Source: a virus
Strand: one strand, 5' to 3'
IMG/VR virus record: IMGVR_UViG_3300021142_000012
Location: 44,266 to 108,265 of that record
DNA: 64,000 nucleotides
The notes under the pieces were generated by a model. That model did not search any database and had not been told where the DNA came from. It saw only the letters and a program-made list of their open reading frames with translations. The position numbers and the translations under genes are program-made. Every line of letters begins with the position of its first letter. The stretch's first letter is position 1. Of the stretch, positions 9,262 to 18,867 are shown in pieces.

Positions 9262-10561
9262 AATCATTTATTTTAGAAAGTGCCACTGGATCAGTGGCAT
9301 TTCTTTCACCGTATTCTCTGCCTTGAATAGCACCCATATATGCATGAGCACCATATGGCACATCTTCATTTAATTGGCACCATGCATCTAATCGAGACAA
9401 TGCTTCTTCGTTATTAATTACTGCCAATTTACAACACTCTCTAAATGCACTGCGCCACGTACTAAATGAACTTGTATTAAATGCAGTAATATTACTTACA
9501 GTATCAACTACTTTAAATTTATTACTAATATTCATAGTCATATCCATCGTGCTTGTATTCATATCAATAGTAAGCTGTTTTGGAAATAACTTAACACCAC
9601 CGTATCCGTATTCTAAATTGTTAATAGGATTTCGGCTGCGCCAAACATGTACCATATTTTGATCATAGTACGGAACTTGATAATTGAAATCAAAGTCTTC
9701 AACTAGTTCTGCATCTGCATCGACTACCCAAAACATATTAGTAGTAGATAATTTAGCAGCTTCAATATGAGCATTATGTATTCCCACTACCCCGTTAATT
9801 CTGTGAATATTTCTGTGGGGTGATCTAGATTTTAATTTTTCAAAGTTGCTATCAGCAAACTCTTCATAATATGAGATAAAAACAATATCAAATAGATTAG
9901 GATCGCTAGCTATAATATCTATTTCTTTTTTGTTTATAAAAAATCGATTGTTTATTTCTCTACTAGTTATTTTATGTTTTTTTGGAACTAAGCATATACC
10001 GTCATAATATTCGCCATTGCGAAACACGTGTACTACTGTTTGATCATAATACGGCACTTGATAATCAAAATTAAAAGAGCTAGATACTATTAAATCATTC
10101 CATACAACCCAAAACATATTAGTTTTAGAACTAGCTAGTGCTGTTTGATATTCTTCAAATGTACTAACATAAAAAATATTATAGGGCTTTGGTATACTTG
10201 CTAGTATATCTACTTCTTTTTTGTTGATAAAAAATCTGTAGTCTAATTCTCTATTAGTTATTTTATTTAATTTTGGAACTAGGCATACTCCGTCGTAGTA
10301 CTTGCCGTTTCGAAATACATGAATAAATTCCTGGTCCCATTCGGGAACTTTGTATTCAAAATTAAAACTGTCTAGTATTTCTAAATTATCCCACACCACC
10401 CAAAACATTTTTGTAAATGCTTTTTTAACTGCCTGATCAAATGCTGTACGAATATTATCTGTAATTATGACACGTTTAATTAATGGAAATCTTTCTTGTA
10501 GCTTAGAAAAGGCAGCACGCGAGTGATCTGTATCAGAGCAAAGAAATATAATATCATACAC
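9215..10561 (-). CDS. Glycosyltransferase-like protein with three tandem related modules
   Basis: C-terminal GT-A-like module (GIHNAH, FWVVDAD, YGYGGVKLF, WRSAFREC) preceded by two degenerate copies. Confidence 0.7.
   Translation of the reverse strand: MYDIIFLCSDTDHSRAAFSKLQERFPLIKRVIITDNIRTAFDQAVKKAFTKMFWVVWDNLEILDSFNFEYKVPEWDQEFIHVFRNGKYYDGVCLVPKLNKITNRELDYRFFINKKEVDILASIPKPYNIFYVSTFEEYQTALASSKTNMFWVVWNDLIVSSSFNFDYQVPYYDQTVVHVFRNGEYYDGICLVPKKHKITSREINNRFFINKKEIDIIASDPNLFDIVFISYYEEFADSNFEKLKSRSPHRNIHRINGVVGIHNAHIEAAKLSTTNMFWVVDADAELVEDFDFNYQVPYYDQNMVHVWRSRNPINNLEYGYGGVKLFPKQLTIDMNTSTMDMTMNISNKFKVVDTVSNITAFNTSSFSTWRSAFRECCKLAVINNEEALSRLDAWCQLNEDVPYGAHAYMGAIQGREYGERNATDPVALSKINDFTWLKDQWSLERSQQ
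9280..9307 (+). terminator. Intrinsic terminator after thyX, lying inside the antisense gene
   Basis: TGCCACTG-GAT-CAGTGGCA stem followed by TTTCTTT, about 20 nt after the thyX stop. Confidence 0.6.
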
Positions 10562-11453
10562 GACGAATTATCCTCGGAGTATTTTGATATACTGTTTTAA
10601 AAAACTTACTACTATCTGGGTCGAGATCCGATATTTCTAACTTAGAGTTCTTGATAAGTTCTCGTCCATAAAATTTACATAAGTCGATTTGTGCGTCTAC
10701 GTCTTTCTGTTTATGATTATCATTCCAGTAGGTTGTTAAATATTCAAAATCGCGAACATTAGCATAGTCCCAATCCGTGCAGTTAGTTAAGTATGCACCT
10801 TCACGTGCTCCTAACATACTATAAAACCCATTTTCTACATCAGTGCCAACTGAACACCATACTAGGAGTCTATGATAATTTTGCCACCAAATAGTTTTAA
10901 GATCTTTTACCTTGGCACCTTGATCTAATGACATTTTTACACCTTCACGGAACCCTGCCCTCCATGCTTGGAATGGAGTAGCATTAGTATAACTTTCACT
11001 ATAATTTTCATTAAACTGATAGTATCGATCATCAAAACAAAACTCAACTAGACCCTTAGTGTCAGAGGGATCTGAATTTTCATGGGTTCGCATTTCATTT
11101 ACAAACTTACGAGTCCAAAGTTTTAAACCACCATTGCCGTACATGAGTCCGTTAACATGAACACGGCCGCACCAACTAAAAACATTTTCACTGGTTAATC
11201 CCAGTGCATCTAAGTCTATATTAACTTCTAAAAATTTAGGATCTACAATATTATCAGCATCTACAGTGACAAAGTATTCAGTTTCGCTAAGTGCGGCACA
11301 GGCTTTATGTGCGGCATCACTGCCTTTAACTCCGTGAACACGTTTAGCCCAGGGTGCTTTTGATAATAAATCTGCATAATTTTTCTCAGCATTTGGTTCA
11401 TCATAACTTAGAAATATAATGTCTTGTTCTATAATTTTAATTGGATCACTCAT
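10554..11453 (-). CDS. Glycosyltransferase-like protein (GT-A fold, DxD)
   Basis: FLSYDEP, GSDAAHKACA, VTVDADN, YGNGGLKLW, WRAGFREG; paralogue of the neighbouring gene. Confidence 0.7.
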   Translation of the reverse strand: MSDPIKIIEQDIIFLSYDEPNAEKNYADLLSKAPWAKRVHGVKGSDAAHKACAALSETEYFVTVDADNIVDPKFLEVNIDLDALGLTSENVFSWCGRVHVNGLMYGNGGLKLWTRKFVNEMRTHENSDPSDTKGLVEFCFDDRYYQFNENYSESYTNATPFQAWRAGFREGVKMSLDQGAKVKDLKTIWWQNYHRLLVWCSVGTDVENGFYSMLGAREGAYLTNCTDWDYANVRDFEYLTTYWNDNHKQKDVDAQIDLCKFYGRELIKNSKLEISDLDPDSSKFFKTVYQNTPRIIRRV

Positions 11454-12039
11454 TTACTATCCTTAATTTATAGCTTCTAAAAGCTATCTTTGAGCTAATT
11501 GAAATCTTAGTTATGTCTTGTTCTAATTTACTTTCAAATGGTACTTTTATTTTATCATTATTTACTAGCAGTTGCACATCTAATGGGATTGTTCTAATTA
11601 AAAAATCAAAGTCTGTTTCCAGTGTTACAAAAAATATCACAGTTGAAATAATCAAATTGTCATTAATAAATTTTTTATATACAGGATCCAAACTAATATA
11701 CCATGCTTGATCTGGGCTATTCCATTCAACAGTGCAATCTGTTTTTGCTTTCTTTTCTGTGATCCACTCGAATAGATTATTTTTGAAAGCATACCCTTGA
11801 TCTGTTTTCTGCACAATCGCAAACTCAGTCTTTCCATCAGCCGTACGCTTATTACCAACTAGATAATCACCAAACTTATATTCACCTGAAATAAACGGAT
11901 CGGCATCCTCACGTGTAATTTCAATATAATGTTGAAAGGTAGGATTCTTTGCATTTCCGACACAGAGAATTCCACCAGATTTTTTATCGTAGTGTAGATA
12001 AAATTTTATCGGTTCGACTTTATTTTTTCTTTTTGCCAT
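11446..12039 (-). CDS. Hypothetical protein in glycosyltransferase cassette
   Basis: 197-aa ORF overlapping both neighbours. Confidence 0.75.
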   Translation of the reverse strand: MAKRKNKVEPIKFYLHYDKKSGGILCVGNAKNPTFQHYIEITREDADPFISGEYKFGDYLVGNKRTADGKTEFAIVQKTDQGYAFKNNLFEWITEKKAKTDCTVEWNSPDQAWYISLDPVYKKFINDNLIISTVIFFVTLETDFDFLIRTIPLDVQLLVNNDKIKVPFESKLEQDITKISISSKIAFRSYKLRIVNE

Positions 12040-12874
12040 CTAATGTATTCTCTAATCTTGTAACTATTTCTTTACTTAAAAAATCTTTCTCTACATAGTG
12101 AAATAATTTAGTCTGTTTAATATTGCCTACTATTAAATTACCCTTGGTATTTAAAACAAACGGTACAGTATCTTGCCAAGTCGCTGGCAATGGTTGCCAA
12201 CCTTGTATAGCAGGTTTCATATGTATAAATTCTAACGGGCTAGATTCGTCTATAATATGCTGATGCCCACCCATTATTTCTATTGCGACTGCCGAAGCTA
12301 AATCCATACTTAACCAATTTTGATAATCCACAGGAGCAAACTTAGTCCATGACCATTCCCAATTATTACAGACAAATTCTAATACTTTATAAAACTCTAA
12401 TGCCAGTTGACTTTTCTTAAAATAATGTAATGCAAAATATGGATTAGTTAGATTATTTGAACGAAATGCTTTGCGATATACTGTATCATTTATTGTTTCT
12501 AATTTATAGTTTTTAATACGACTACAAAAGGATAAATCATGATTGCTACAATATTCCCACCAGCCATTGATATCTTCTAGCAGTAACATATCTGTATCTA
12601 GAACAATAGTTTCATGATACGGACTAGCATGAAATAATTTCCAACGATTCTCTACCTTCCATTTAGTATTAACTGCATCGTCACGGAATGGTATAGGAAT
12701 AATTTGATCAAATAATTTTTGGTACTTTTTAGGCACAGGATCGTTAGTAACTAGGCTAATATCAGTAACCGTTGACTGACTTATTTTTATACTAAGGGCT
12801 AATGCATAGGCCTGTTTAATATAATCAATACCTTCTGAGTTTTGTGCAAGAACTAGAAATCCTTTAGACACCAT
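12020..12874 (-). CDS. GT8-like nucleotide-diphospho-sugar transferase
   Basis: AYALALSIK, SPYHETIVLDTDML (DxD), FIHMK; GGAGG RBS before ATG 12874. Confidence 0.7.
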   Translation of the reverse strand: MVSKGFLVLAQNSEGIDYIKQAYALALSIKISQSTVTDISLVTNDPVPKKYQKLFDQIIPIPFRDDAVNTKWKVENRWKLFHASPYHETIVLDTDMLLLEDINGWWEYCSNHDLSFCSRIKNYKLETINDTVYRKAFRSNNLTNPYFALHYFKKSQLALEFYKVLEFVCNNWEWSWTKFAPVDYQNWLSMDLASAVAIEIMGGHQHIIDESSPLEFIHMKPAIQGWQPLPATWQDTVPFVLNTKGNLIVGNIKQTKLFHYVEKDFLSKEIVTRLENTLDGKKKK

Positions 12875-13709
12875 AACCTCCATCTATATAACGTATAATG
12901 CTAGATTTGTTCATAACATGCACATCAGTATCTTCAATTTTTGCTGCTATATATTCGCCTAGATGTTTTTCTTTTTCAACTAGAAATTGCATCTTTTGAT
13001 CATTAATATCTAATAGTATATCTTTATCAATTGTGTAAAACATTTGTCCAGGTAAATCAGTAACGAACTCCCCGTTGGTTTTTCCATTCATTAAATGTAT
13101 AGCAATACTAAATGCTATATCATTCCTATACATTGCATTTTCTATGCTGTATAAAACTCTAAAATAAAACCAGTTTGATTTAATATAACTAATCAAATCA
13201 AAGAAAGATTTAATAATAGGATTCTTATCAAAAACAAAAACGGTAGCCCAATAAAATGGAATCGAATAACAATTTATCCTTTCAAATGCACTAGTGTCTC
13301 TCCATCCTGCTAAATCAAAACTTTTTCGATAGATTTGAAAATCGCTATCAGTATCTAATGCTAGTTTTAATATATTAGAATTAATAATATAGTCACTATC
13401 TAATACTAAGGTACGATCGTACGGTGTCAAATCATAAACACTATTGCGAGATAAATTTTTCCATTCTACCAGTTTAGCTGATAATGTTCCATCATAAAAC
13501 TTTTTGCTTGTTGGCTTTTCCGCAGGAATTTCAATTACTTGATCAAAGGGATGATCAGGGTACGTGTCGTTAAGATATTTTACATTATCTGTTATAAGAC
13601 TAACAGGGATGTTTAAAAATTTAGTCGCACGATTGGCTGCAAATATTGCAATTTTAACATAGTCAATAATTGAATTATTTTGAGCAAAAATTACTGCACC
13701 AACAGTCAT
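12864..13709 (-). CDS. GT8-like nucleotide-diphospho-sugar transferase
   Basis: TPYDRTLVLDSDY (DxD), YRNDIAFSIA, HVMNK. Confidence 0.7.
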   Translation of the reverse strand: MTVGAVIFAQNNSIIDYVKIAIFAANRATKFLNIPVSLITDNVKYLNDTYPDHPFDQVIEIPAEKPTSKKFYDGTLSAKLVEWKNLSRNSVYDLTPYDRTLVLDSDYIINSNILKLALDTDSDFQIYRKSFDLAGWRDTSAFERINCYSIPFYWATVFVFDKNPIIKSFFDLISYIKSNWFYFRVLYSIENAMYRNDIAFSIAIHLMNGKTNGEFVTDLPGQMFYTIDKDILLDINDQKMQFLVEKEKHLGEYIAAKIEDTDVHVMNKSSIIRYIDGGYGV

Positions 13710-14056
13710 AGCTCAACAATATCCTTAACTTTACGCTTGCTCTTTATTACTGTAAATTTAGCTGAATAATCATTTAACGCTTCAAAATATACAGCAGTTA
13801 TACTATCAAAAAATTCTTGAACATTGTCAATAACAACAGGAAAATTATTATCATCAACAAAAGGCAAATCATCAGTGTGACCTAAATCTAACGCTGTTTT
13901 AGTAAAGTTAATAAGACTAGGAGTTACTTTAAATGTTCCACCATTTTTGTAGTAGATACATTTTTGGTTAAACTCTTCTAAGATAATTCTTCTTTGATTT
14001 GATAGTGTAGCCATATAGCTAGCAACTTCAAATGCTTTTTCAATTCTTTCGTCCAT
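13706..14056 (-). CDS. Hypothetical protein
   Basis: 116 aa, GGAG RBS; first gene of the cassette. Confidence 0.8.
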   Translation of the reverse strand: MDERIEKAFEVASYMATLSNQRRIILEEFNQKCIYYKNGGTFKVTPSLINFTKTALDLGHTDDLPFVDDNNFPVVIDNVQEFFDSITAVYFEALNDYSAKFTVIKSKRKVKDIVEL

Positions 14057-14076
14057 AGATAACTCCGTAATGTATC

Positions 14077-14105
14077 ATTGTACACTACAGTAATTAGCTT
14101 GTCAA
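14077..14105 (-). promoter_or_regulatory. sigma70-type promoter for glycosyltransferase cassette
   Basis: Minus strand TTGACA-17 nt-TACAAT. Confidence 0.7.
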
Positions 14106-14128
14106 CCTATTAGAAGAAACTAAATTGA

Positions 14129-16327
14129 TTATAAATGGGCTGGATTCCAGGTACCAACTATTACTACAATTCCTGATCCACCAACTGATGAACTTACAGT
14201 TGCACCAGATCCGCCGCCACCGCCACCAGTATTGGCAGTACCATCGGCACCTAGACTAGTATTTGAACTAGATCCTGCGCCACCGCCATATCCACCGCTA
14301 GCACCACCTGAGTATGCTCCGCCACCGCCACCGACGTTAAACACAGATCCGTTAAAATTATAACTTACACCTGTACCACCTGTACCACCGCTACCTTGGC
14401 CTCCAGCACCACCACCGCCGCCACCAGATCCAGTAGCTCCTGCAAAACCTTGACCACTTGTACCAGCACCTCCAGCAGTACCGGCACCACCGCCACCAGA
14501 ACCACCACTCAATGCGCCACCGTCTGCACCGCCTCCACGTCCACCACCATAGGCAGTATAGCCAAAAGCTGAACTATTTCCGCCTGTGCTTGCACTTGCG
14601 CCACCATTACCAACTGTTATGGTATAGATTGTTCCCGGTGTAGCAGGAACACCAGTTTGATGTAATACGCCACCGGCGCCACCGCCGCCGCCACCACTTC
14701 CACCATTGCGACCACCACCACCACCACCTCCTACTACTAGTATTTCAAGATTGCCAACTAGGCTAGCAGGTGCTGTCCATGCTTGTGTAGAAGCCGAAGT
14801 AAATGTCTGTACCTGTGTCGATACATTAGAAGTGATAATATAAGAAATAGCGACTATTGCAGAGTTACCAGTTTGATCAGTCATACTTAGACTAAAATTA
14901 AAAGTACCGTAGGTCGTTGGCGTTCCGGTAATAGTTAATGTATTGATTCCCGATACAGTTGTTGGTAAGGTTATTCCCGGTGGCATTGTACCGCTAGATA
15001 ATGCAAATGTATAGGGTGCTTGACCACCAGAGGGGGTAAAGGTTTGGCTACTTGATACGTAACGAACTGCATTTACCGATGTAGGAGATAATCCAGTAAT
15101 AGTACTTACTGTGGTTATAAACTGAGAAGTTGTTGATGTTGCCGGAGGTAGTGCGTGCGATACATACGAACCTGTTGAATAATAGGCTTGCACATTACTA
15201 GTAACTATTCCGTCAACTACTTCGTCAATATTATAAGGAGAATTTTCACCTATTGAATTGTCTTCAAATAATACTGTAAAATATAAATTTGGGGCGATAT
15301 AATACGCTTGGATTTTATAATCATTAGCCGTGTAGGCTGCATCTGCAGAAGTACTCTTTGAAAATATTGTTTGAGCACTAGTTGTTAGCTGCTGAAAACC
15401 AATGTTAGATGTTGTACCAGATCCTGTACAGGTTGTGCTATTATAGTTAAAATATATAGTACCCATTCCAGTAAATATTGTATTCCACGATATATCTTTA
15501 CGATTGCTACTAGCACTAAATCCACCACCAGGTGCGGCTAATGTGGCGCTAAATTCTATCCTAGCACCTGCATTAAAAAATCCTCTGGCAGTGTTATCAT
15601 CTGCAAATGGGATCGTAACCGTATGTTGAATAGTACTGTTCCATCCTCCTCCATTTTGCAAAGCACCAAAGCTAAATGAACTATGACTGGCCATGTTAGT
15701 AGGCGGAACTGCTAGTCTGTTCGTTATGCAATCGTTGGCCATCGATAGGTATGCAGCTCGATCGGCATCTGTAATTTTATATCCTAGTGTTGTACTAGTT
15801 GTAGTATTATACGGCTCTGTTACTGTACTTCCTAAGTCAGTACCTGTTTGGTGCCAACGGCAACGTAACAAGTCTGATCTAAGATTGTGCCACTGTAGTG
15901 CTGATATTTTTGCATTAGCAGACACTTGACTACTACTAACTGACTGATTATAACCAAAAGTTTTATCGGCAACGCTTGTTATAGGATTAGTGCCGCCCAC
16001 TCCTAATACGGCTGCTACATATTGTTGTATTGTATTGTAATCGTTATTAACACTTGAAGATGGTACATTTCCTACTCCTGGGCCAAGTGTTGGGCCGGCG
16101 TCAGTAAATGTTATTGTTGCACCAGATGCAACAGTTCCAGCATTTACTACTGTTAGAGTTACTGTATTACCTACAATTGATTGTACTTTAGCACCAGATC
16201 CAATATTTGTACCGGCAACAGACATCCCAGGAAGAATTGGCTGTCCCAATACCTGGTTTACATTGATTGTATTACTACCGCTAGTTGATGTTTGTGTTGT
16301 AGTAGTTGTTACTATACGTGCCGTCAT
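14129..16327 (-). CDS. Tail fibre/virion protein with Ig-like and glycine-rich C-terminal domains
   Basis: Central domain paralogous to 16376-17275; GGQAPYTFALSSGTMPPG Ig-like segment; EILVVGGGGGGG...GGSGIVVI glycine-rich domain. Confidence 0.75.
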   Translation of the reverse strand: MTARIVTTTTTQTSTSGSNTINVNQVLGQPILPGMSVAGTNIGSGAKVQSIVGNTVTLTVVNAGTVASGATITFTDAGPTLGPGVGNVPSSSVNNDYNTIQQYVAAVLGVGGTNPITSVADKTFGYNQSVSSSQVSANAKISALQWHNLRSDLLRCRWHQTGTDLGSTVTEPYNTTTSTTLGYKITDADRAAYLSMANDCITNRLAVPPTNMASHSSFSFGALQNGGGWNSTIQHTVTIPFADDNTARGFFNAGARIEFSATLAAPGGGFSASSNRKDISWNTIFTGMGTIYFNYNSTTCTGSGTTSNIGFQQLTTSAQTIFSKSTSADAAYTANDYKIQAYYIAPNLYFTVLFEDNSIGENSPYNIDEVVDGIVTSNVQAYYSTGSYVSHALPPATSTTSQFITTVSTITGLSPTSVNAVRYVSSSQTFTPSGGQAPYTFALSSGTMPPGITLPTTVSGINTLTITGTPTTYGTFNFSLSMTDQTGNSAIVAISYIITSNVSTQVQTFTSASTQAWTAPASLVGNLEILVVGGGGGGGRNGGSGGGGGGAGGVLHQTGVPATPGTIYTITVGNGGASASTGGNSSAFGYTAYGGGRGGGADGGALSGGSGGGGAGTAGGAGTSGQGFAGATGSGGGGGGAGGQGSGGTGGTGVSYNFNGSVFNVGGGGGAYSGGASGGYGGGAGSSSNTSLGADGTANTGGGGGGSGATVSSSVGGSGIVVIVGTWNPAHL

Positions 16328-16375
16328 GCGTTATCCTATACTGTCTAATTGTAGTTATCCCTGTAAAAGGATAAG

Positions 16376-17275
16376 TTAGCCTAAAGCGGTTGAGGATGCT
16401 GGTGGCAAAGGAACACTTACATAGGATCCCGAAGCGTAGTAGGCTTGTACGATACTTGTTGTTATACCATCAACATTGATATCAAAGCCATATGGTGGGG
16501 GATTACCGGTTGCATTATCTTGAAATTGGATATTTAATGTTAAGTTTCCTGTACCATCGTACTTGGCTTGTACTACATAATCGTTAGCTGAATAAACTCC
16601 AGCTGGGGCAGGTTTAACAAATATAATACTATAAACATTATTCAGTTCATAAAACCCAATACTAGAAGTATTTCCAGTGCCAGTGCAGGTAGTACTATGA
16701 GCTTTTAGGTAAACAGTGCCCATGCCAGCAAACATTGACTGCCATGTTATATCTTTATTATTACTAGCACCACTAAATGTTCCTGTTTGAGTTGCACTTA
16801 ATTCAATCCTACTACCTGTATTAAAAAAGAATCTAGCAGCATCATGGCTTGGCCAATTTATAGTTACTGTGTGCTGTATAGTACCATTCCATGCAGCAGA
16901 TCTAACTACATTGCCAAAACTAAAACTACTGCGAGAAGCCTGTAAAGTTGGAGCATCAACTAGTCTATTTGCAAGAGCATTATTACTTTGTAGCAAATAT
17001 GCTGCTCTATCGCTTTCAGTAATAGTAGTACTATGAGTAGGAACTGTTAATGCACCACTGTTATCAACACCGGTCTGATGCCACAGAGCATTTAAAATAT
17101 CTGTTCTTAAATTTTGCCATTGCTGAGCAGAAACTGGGTTTTTAGGTGCTACTTGACTGCTATTTACAGTTTGACCATAACCAGTATCGCCTGATCCACT
17201 GCCTAGTACTATTCCAATGTTAGATTGTATCTGGTTATAGTCTGCCGCTATTATTGCTGTGTATTGACCTGCCAT
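16376..17275 (-). CDS. Virion structural protein
   Basis: DYNQIQ...GYGQ...QWQNLR...HQTG...ARFFFNTG; Ser/Thr-rich; in tail gene block. Confidence 0.7.
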   Translation of the reverse strand: MAGQYTAIIAADYNQIQSNIGIVLGSGSGDTGYGQTVNSSQVAPKNPVSAQQWQNLRTDILNALWHQTGVDNSGALTVPTHSTTITESDRAAYLLQSNNALANRLVDAPTLQASRSSFSFGNVVRSAAWNGTIQHTVTINWPSHDAARFFFNTGSRIELSATQTGTFSGASNNKDITWQSMFAGMGTVYLKAHSTTCTGTGNTSSIGFYELNNVYSIIFVKPAPAGVYSANDYVVQAKYDGTGNLTLNIQFQDNATGNPPPYGFDINVDGITTSIVQAYYASGSYVSVPLPPASSTALG

Positions 17276-17284
17276 GATATACCT

Positions 17285-18826
17285 TTAAAGAATAACTGCT
17301 TCAATTACTTTTACATTCTGATCGGGATTGTCTTCTAATGCTATGGCCATTATTCCAAAAGGCGGAATAGTTTGATTTGTACCCCAATTAACTGTTACTG
17401 CGCAACCGTCTGGGCCTGCAACCAACTGGTCGCCTTTACAAACTGCTCCTAATACTTTAACTGGTACTCGTCCTTTAAGTGCAACATAAACACCGCCTAC
17501 TAGTTCGCTATTCATCATAAACGCAGGATTAGTTGATATTGCACCTAATGCATAATCACCAAACTGACAAGCTGTAATTTCTTTATCGCCGCCTACTGTA
17601 ACTACAGTACCAACTTCGTATTCTGCATCTGGTAGATATTTCTCTGCTAAGTCAGCATAGTTAGCTGCTGTAGCTGTTCCTGAGAAGAAATTAGCTAATA
17701 ATGAACCTGCTGTAACTGTTACACCATTAATAACTTGATCACTTGCTGTTCTCATTGCAACTGTGTCTGCAACTGCTGTAGCACTTGGATATTTTCCAAC
17801 ACCACCAAGTATTAATGTCTGTGCGGATGTTGCTGTTCCAGAGAATGTGTTAGCATAAACTGTACGCCATTGATTTAAATTAGTACCGATATCATTTGTG
17901 TTGCTGGTACCTGGTTGTAATGTTGTTCCGATTAGGGCTAGTGGAGTAACTGTTGCACTATTTGATTGAGTTTGAAATACAATCTTATCATTGATAATAT
18001 TTTCAACTGTAGGATACAGTGTTGCATCTCCTGTCCAGGATGCAGTATTGAATACGTGCAATCTTGCAGGATTTCCTACAGTATATCCAATATCGGCAAA
18101 CTGTACTAGTGTACTAAATGTTGCATTTGAAGATAATGTAAAGTTACTAATATCATAACCGGCTAAGCGATCACTGTTAGATGCTGTTCCCCAGAATCTA
18201 TGATTACTTGTAGTTTGACCTAATTGACTATTATTATTTGTGTAGGCCAATGTAATACCCTGATGAATGTCTGTAAATCCTGTAATAGGATTAACTGAAC
18301 CATCTAGTGTGAATGTTGCATCTGGGCTAATAATATAAACTACTTGATTATTAGCTAGTGCTTCGATGACTGCATGACTATTGCCTAATACATCACGAAC
18401 GCTGACAGATTGCATCTGTGTTGTTCCAGACCCTGCAACACCCTGTGGGCCAATTAGAACATAGCTACTTCCGTTCCAAGTATATAGTTGATTATTAACA
18501 CTGTCGTACCAAAAATCACCGGCAGTTAATCCTGTAGGTGCTGTAGAAGAAGTTGTCGAGCCGCCGGTTGTGCGCCAGTTACTATTTTGATCATAGAACT
18601 TTAGCTTGTTGTTTGATGTATCATACCATAATTGTCCGGGTAATGGCTTACCTGGAGCATTATTATTGGCAAAATTTTCTAACAGATAGACAAAATTTTC
18701 ATTTTGGATCGCACCGTAGCCGGCATAGTTTTTACCTACAAGTTTTAAATCAAGTGTTTGATCAACAGTTCCGTCGGCTACAACTGTAATTTGTGTTCCG
18801 TTATATCTATTAATGGTATATGGCAT
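17285..18826 (-). CDS. Tail fibre protein with C-terminal autocleaving chaperone (Peptidase G2-like) domain
   Basis: Shared N-terminal GKNYAGYG/NENF/GQLWYD module; YADLAEKY...STNPAFMMN...ALKGRVPVKV. Confidence 0.75.
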   Translation of the reverse strand: MPYTINRYNGTQITVVADGTVDQTLDLKLVGKNYAGYGAIQNENFVYLLENFANNNAPGKPLPGQLWYDTSNNKLKFYDQNSNWRTTGGSTTSSTAPTGLTAGDFWYDSVNNQLYTWNGSSYVLIGPQGVAGSGTTQMQSVSVRDVLGNSHAVIEALANNQVVYIISPDATFTLDGSVNPITGFTDIHQGITLAYTNNNSQLGQTTSNHRFWGTASNSDRLAGYDISNFTLSSNATFSTLVQFADIGYTVGNPARLHVFNTASWTGDATLYPTVENIINDKIVFQTQSNSATVTPLALIGTTLQPGTSNTNDIGTNLNQWRTVYANTFSGTATSAQTLILGGVGKYPSATAVADTVAMRTASDQVINGVTVTAGSLLANFFSGTATAANYADLAEKYLPDAEYEVGTVVTVGGDKEITACQFGDYALGAISTNPAFMMNSELVGGVYVALKGRVPVKVLGAVCKGDQLVAGPDGCAVTVNWGTNQTIPPFGIMAIALEDNPDQNVKVIEAVIL

Positions 18827-18847
18827 TTGCTAAGTCCTCAGTGCTTG

Positions 18848-18854
18848 TATTTAT
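18848..18854 (-). promoter_or_regulatory. T4-type late promoter
   Basis: Minus strand ATAAATA upstream of GAGG RBS. Confidence 0.6.
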
Positions 18855-18867
18855 GCTATTTTAGCTG

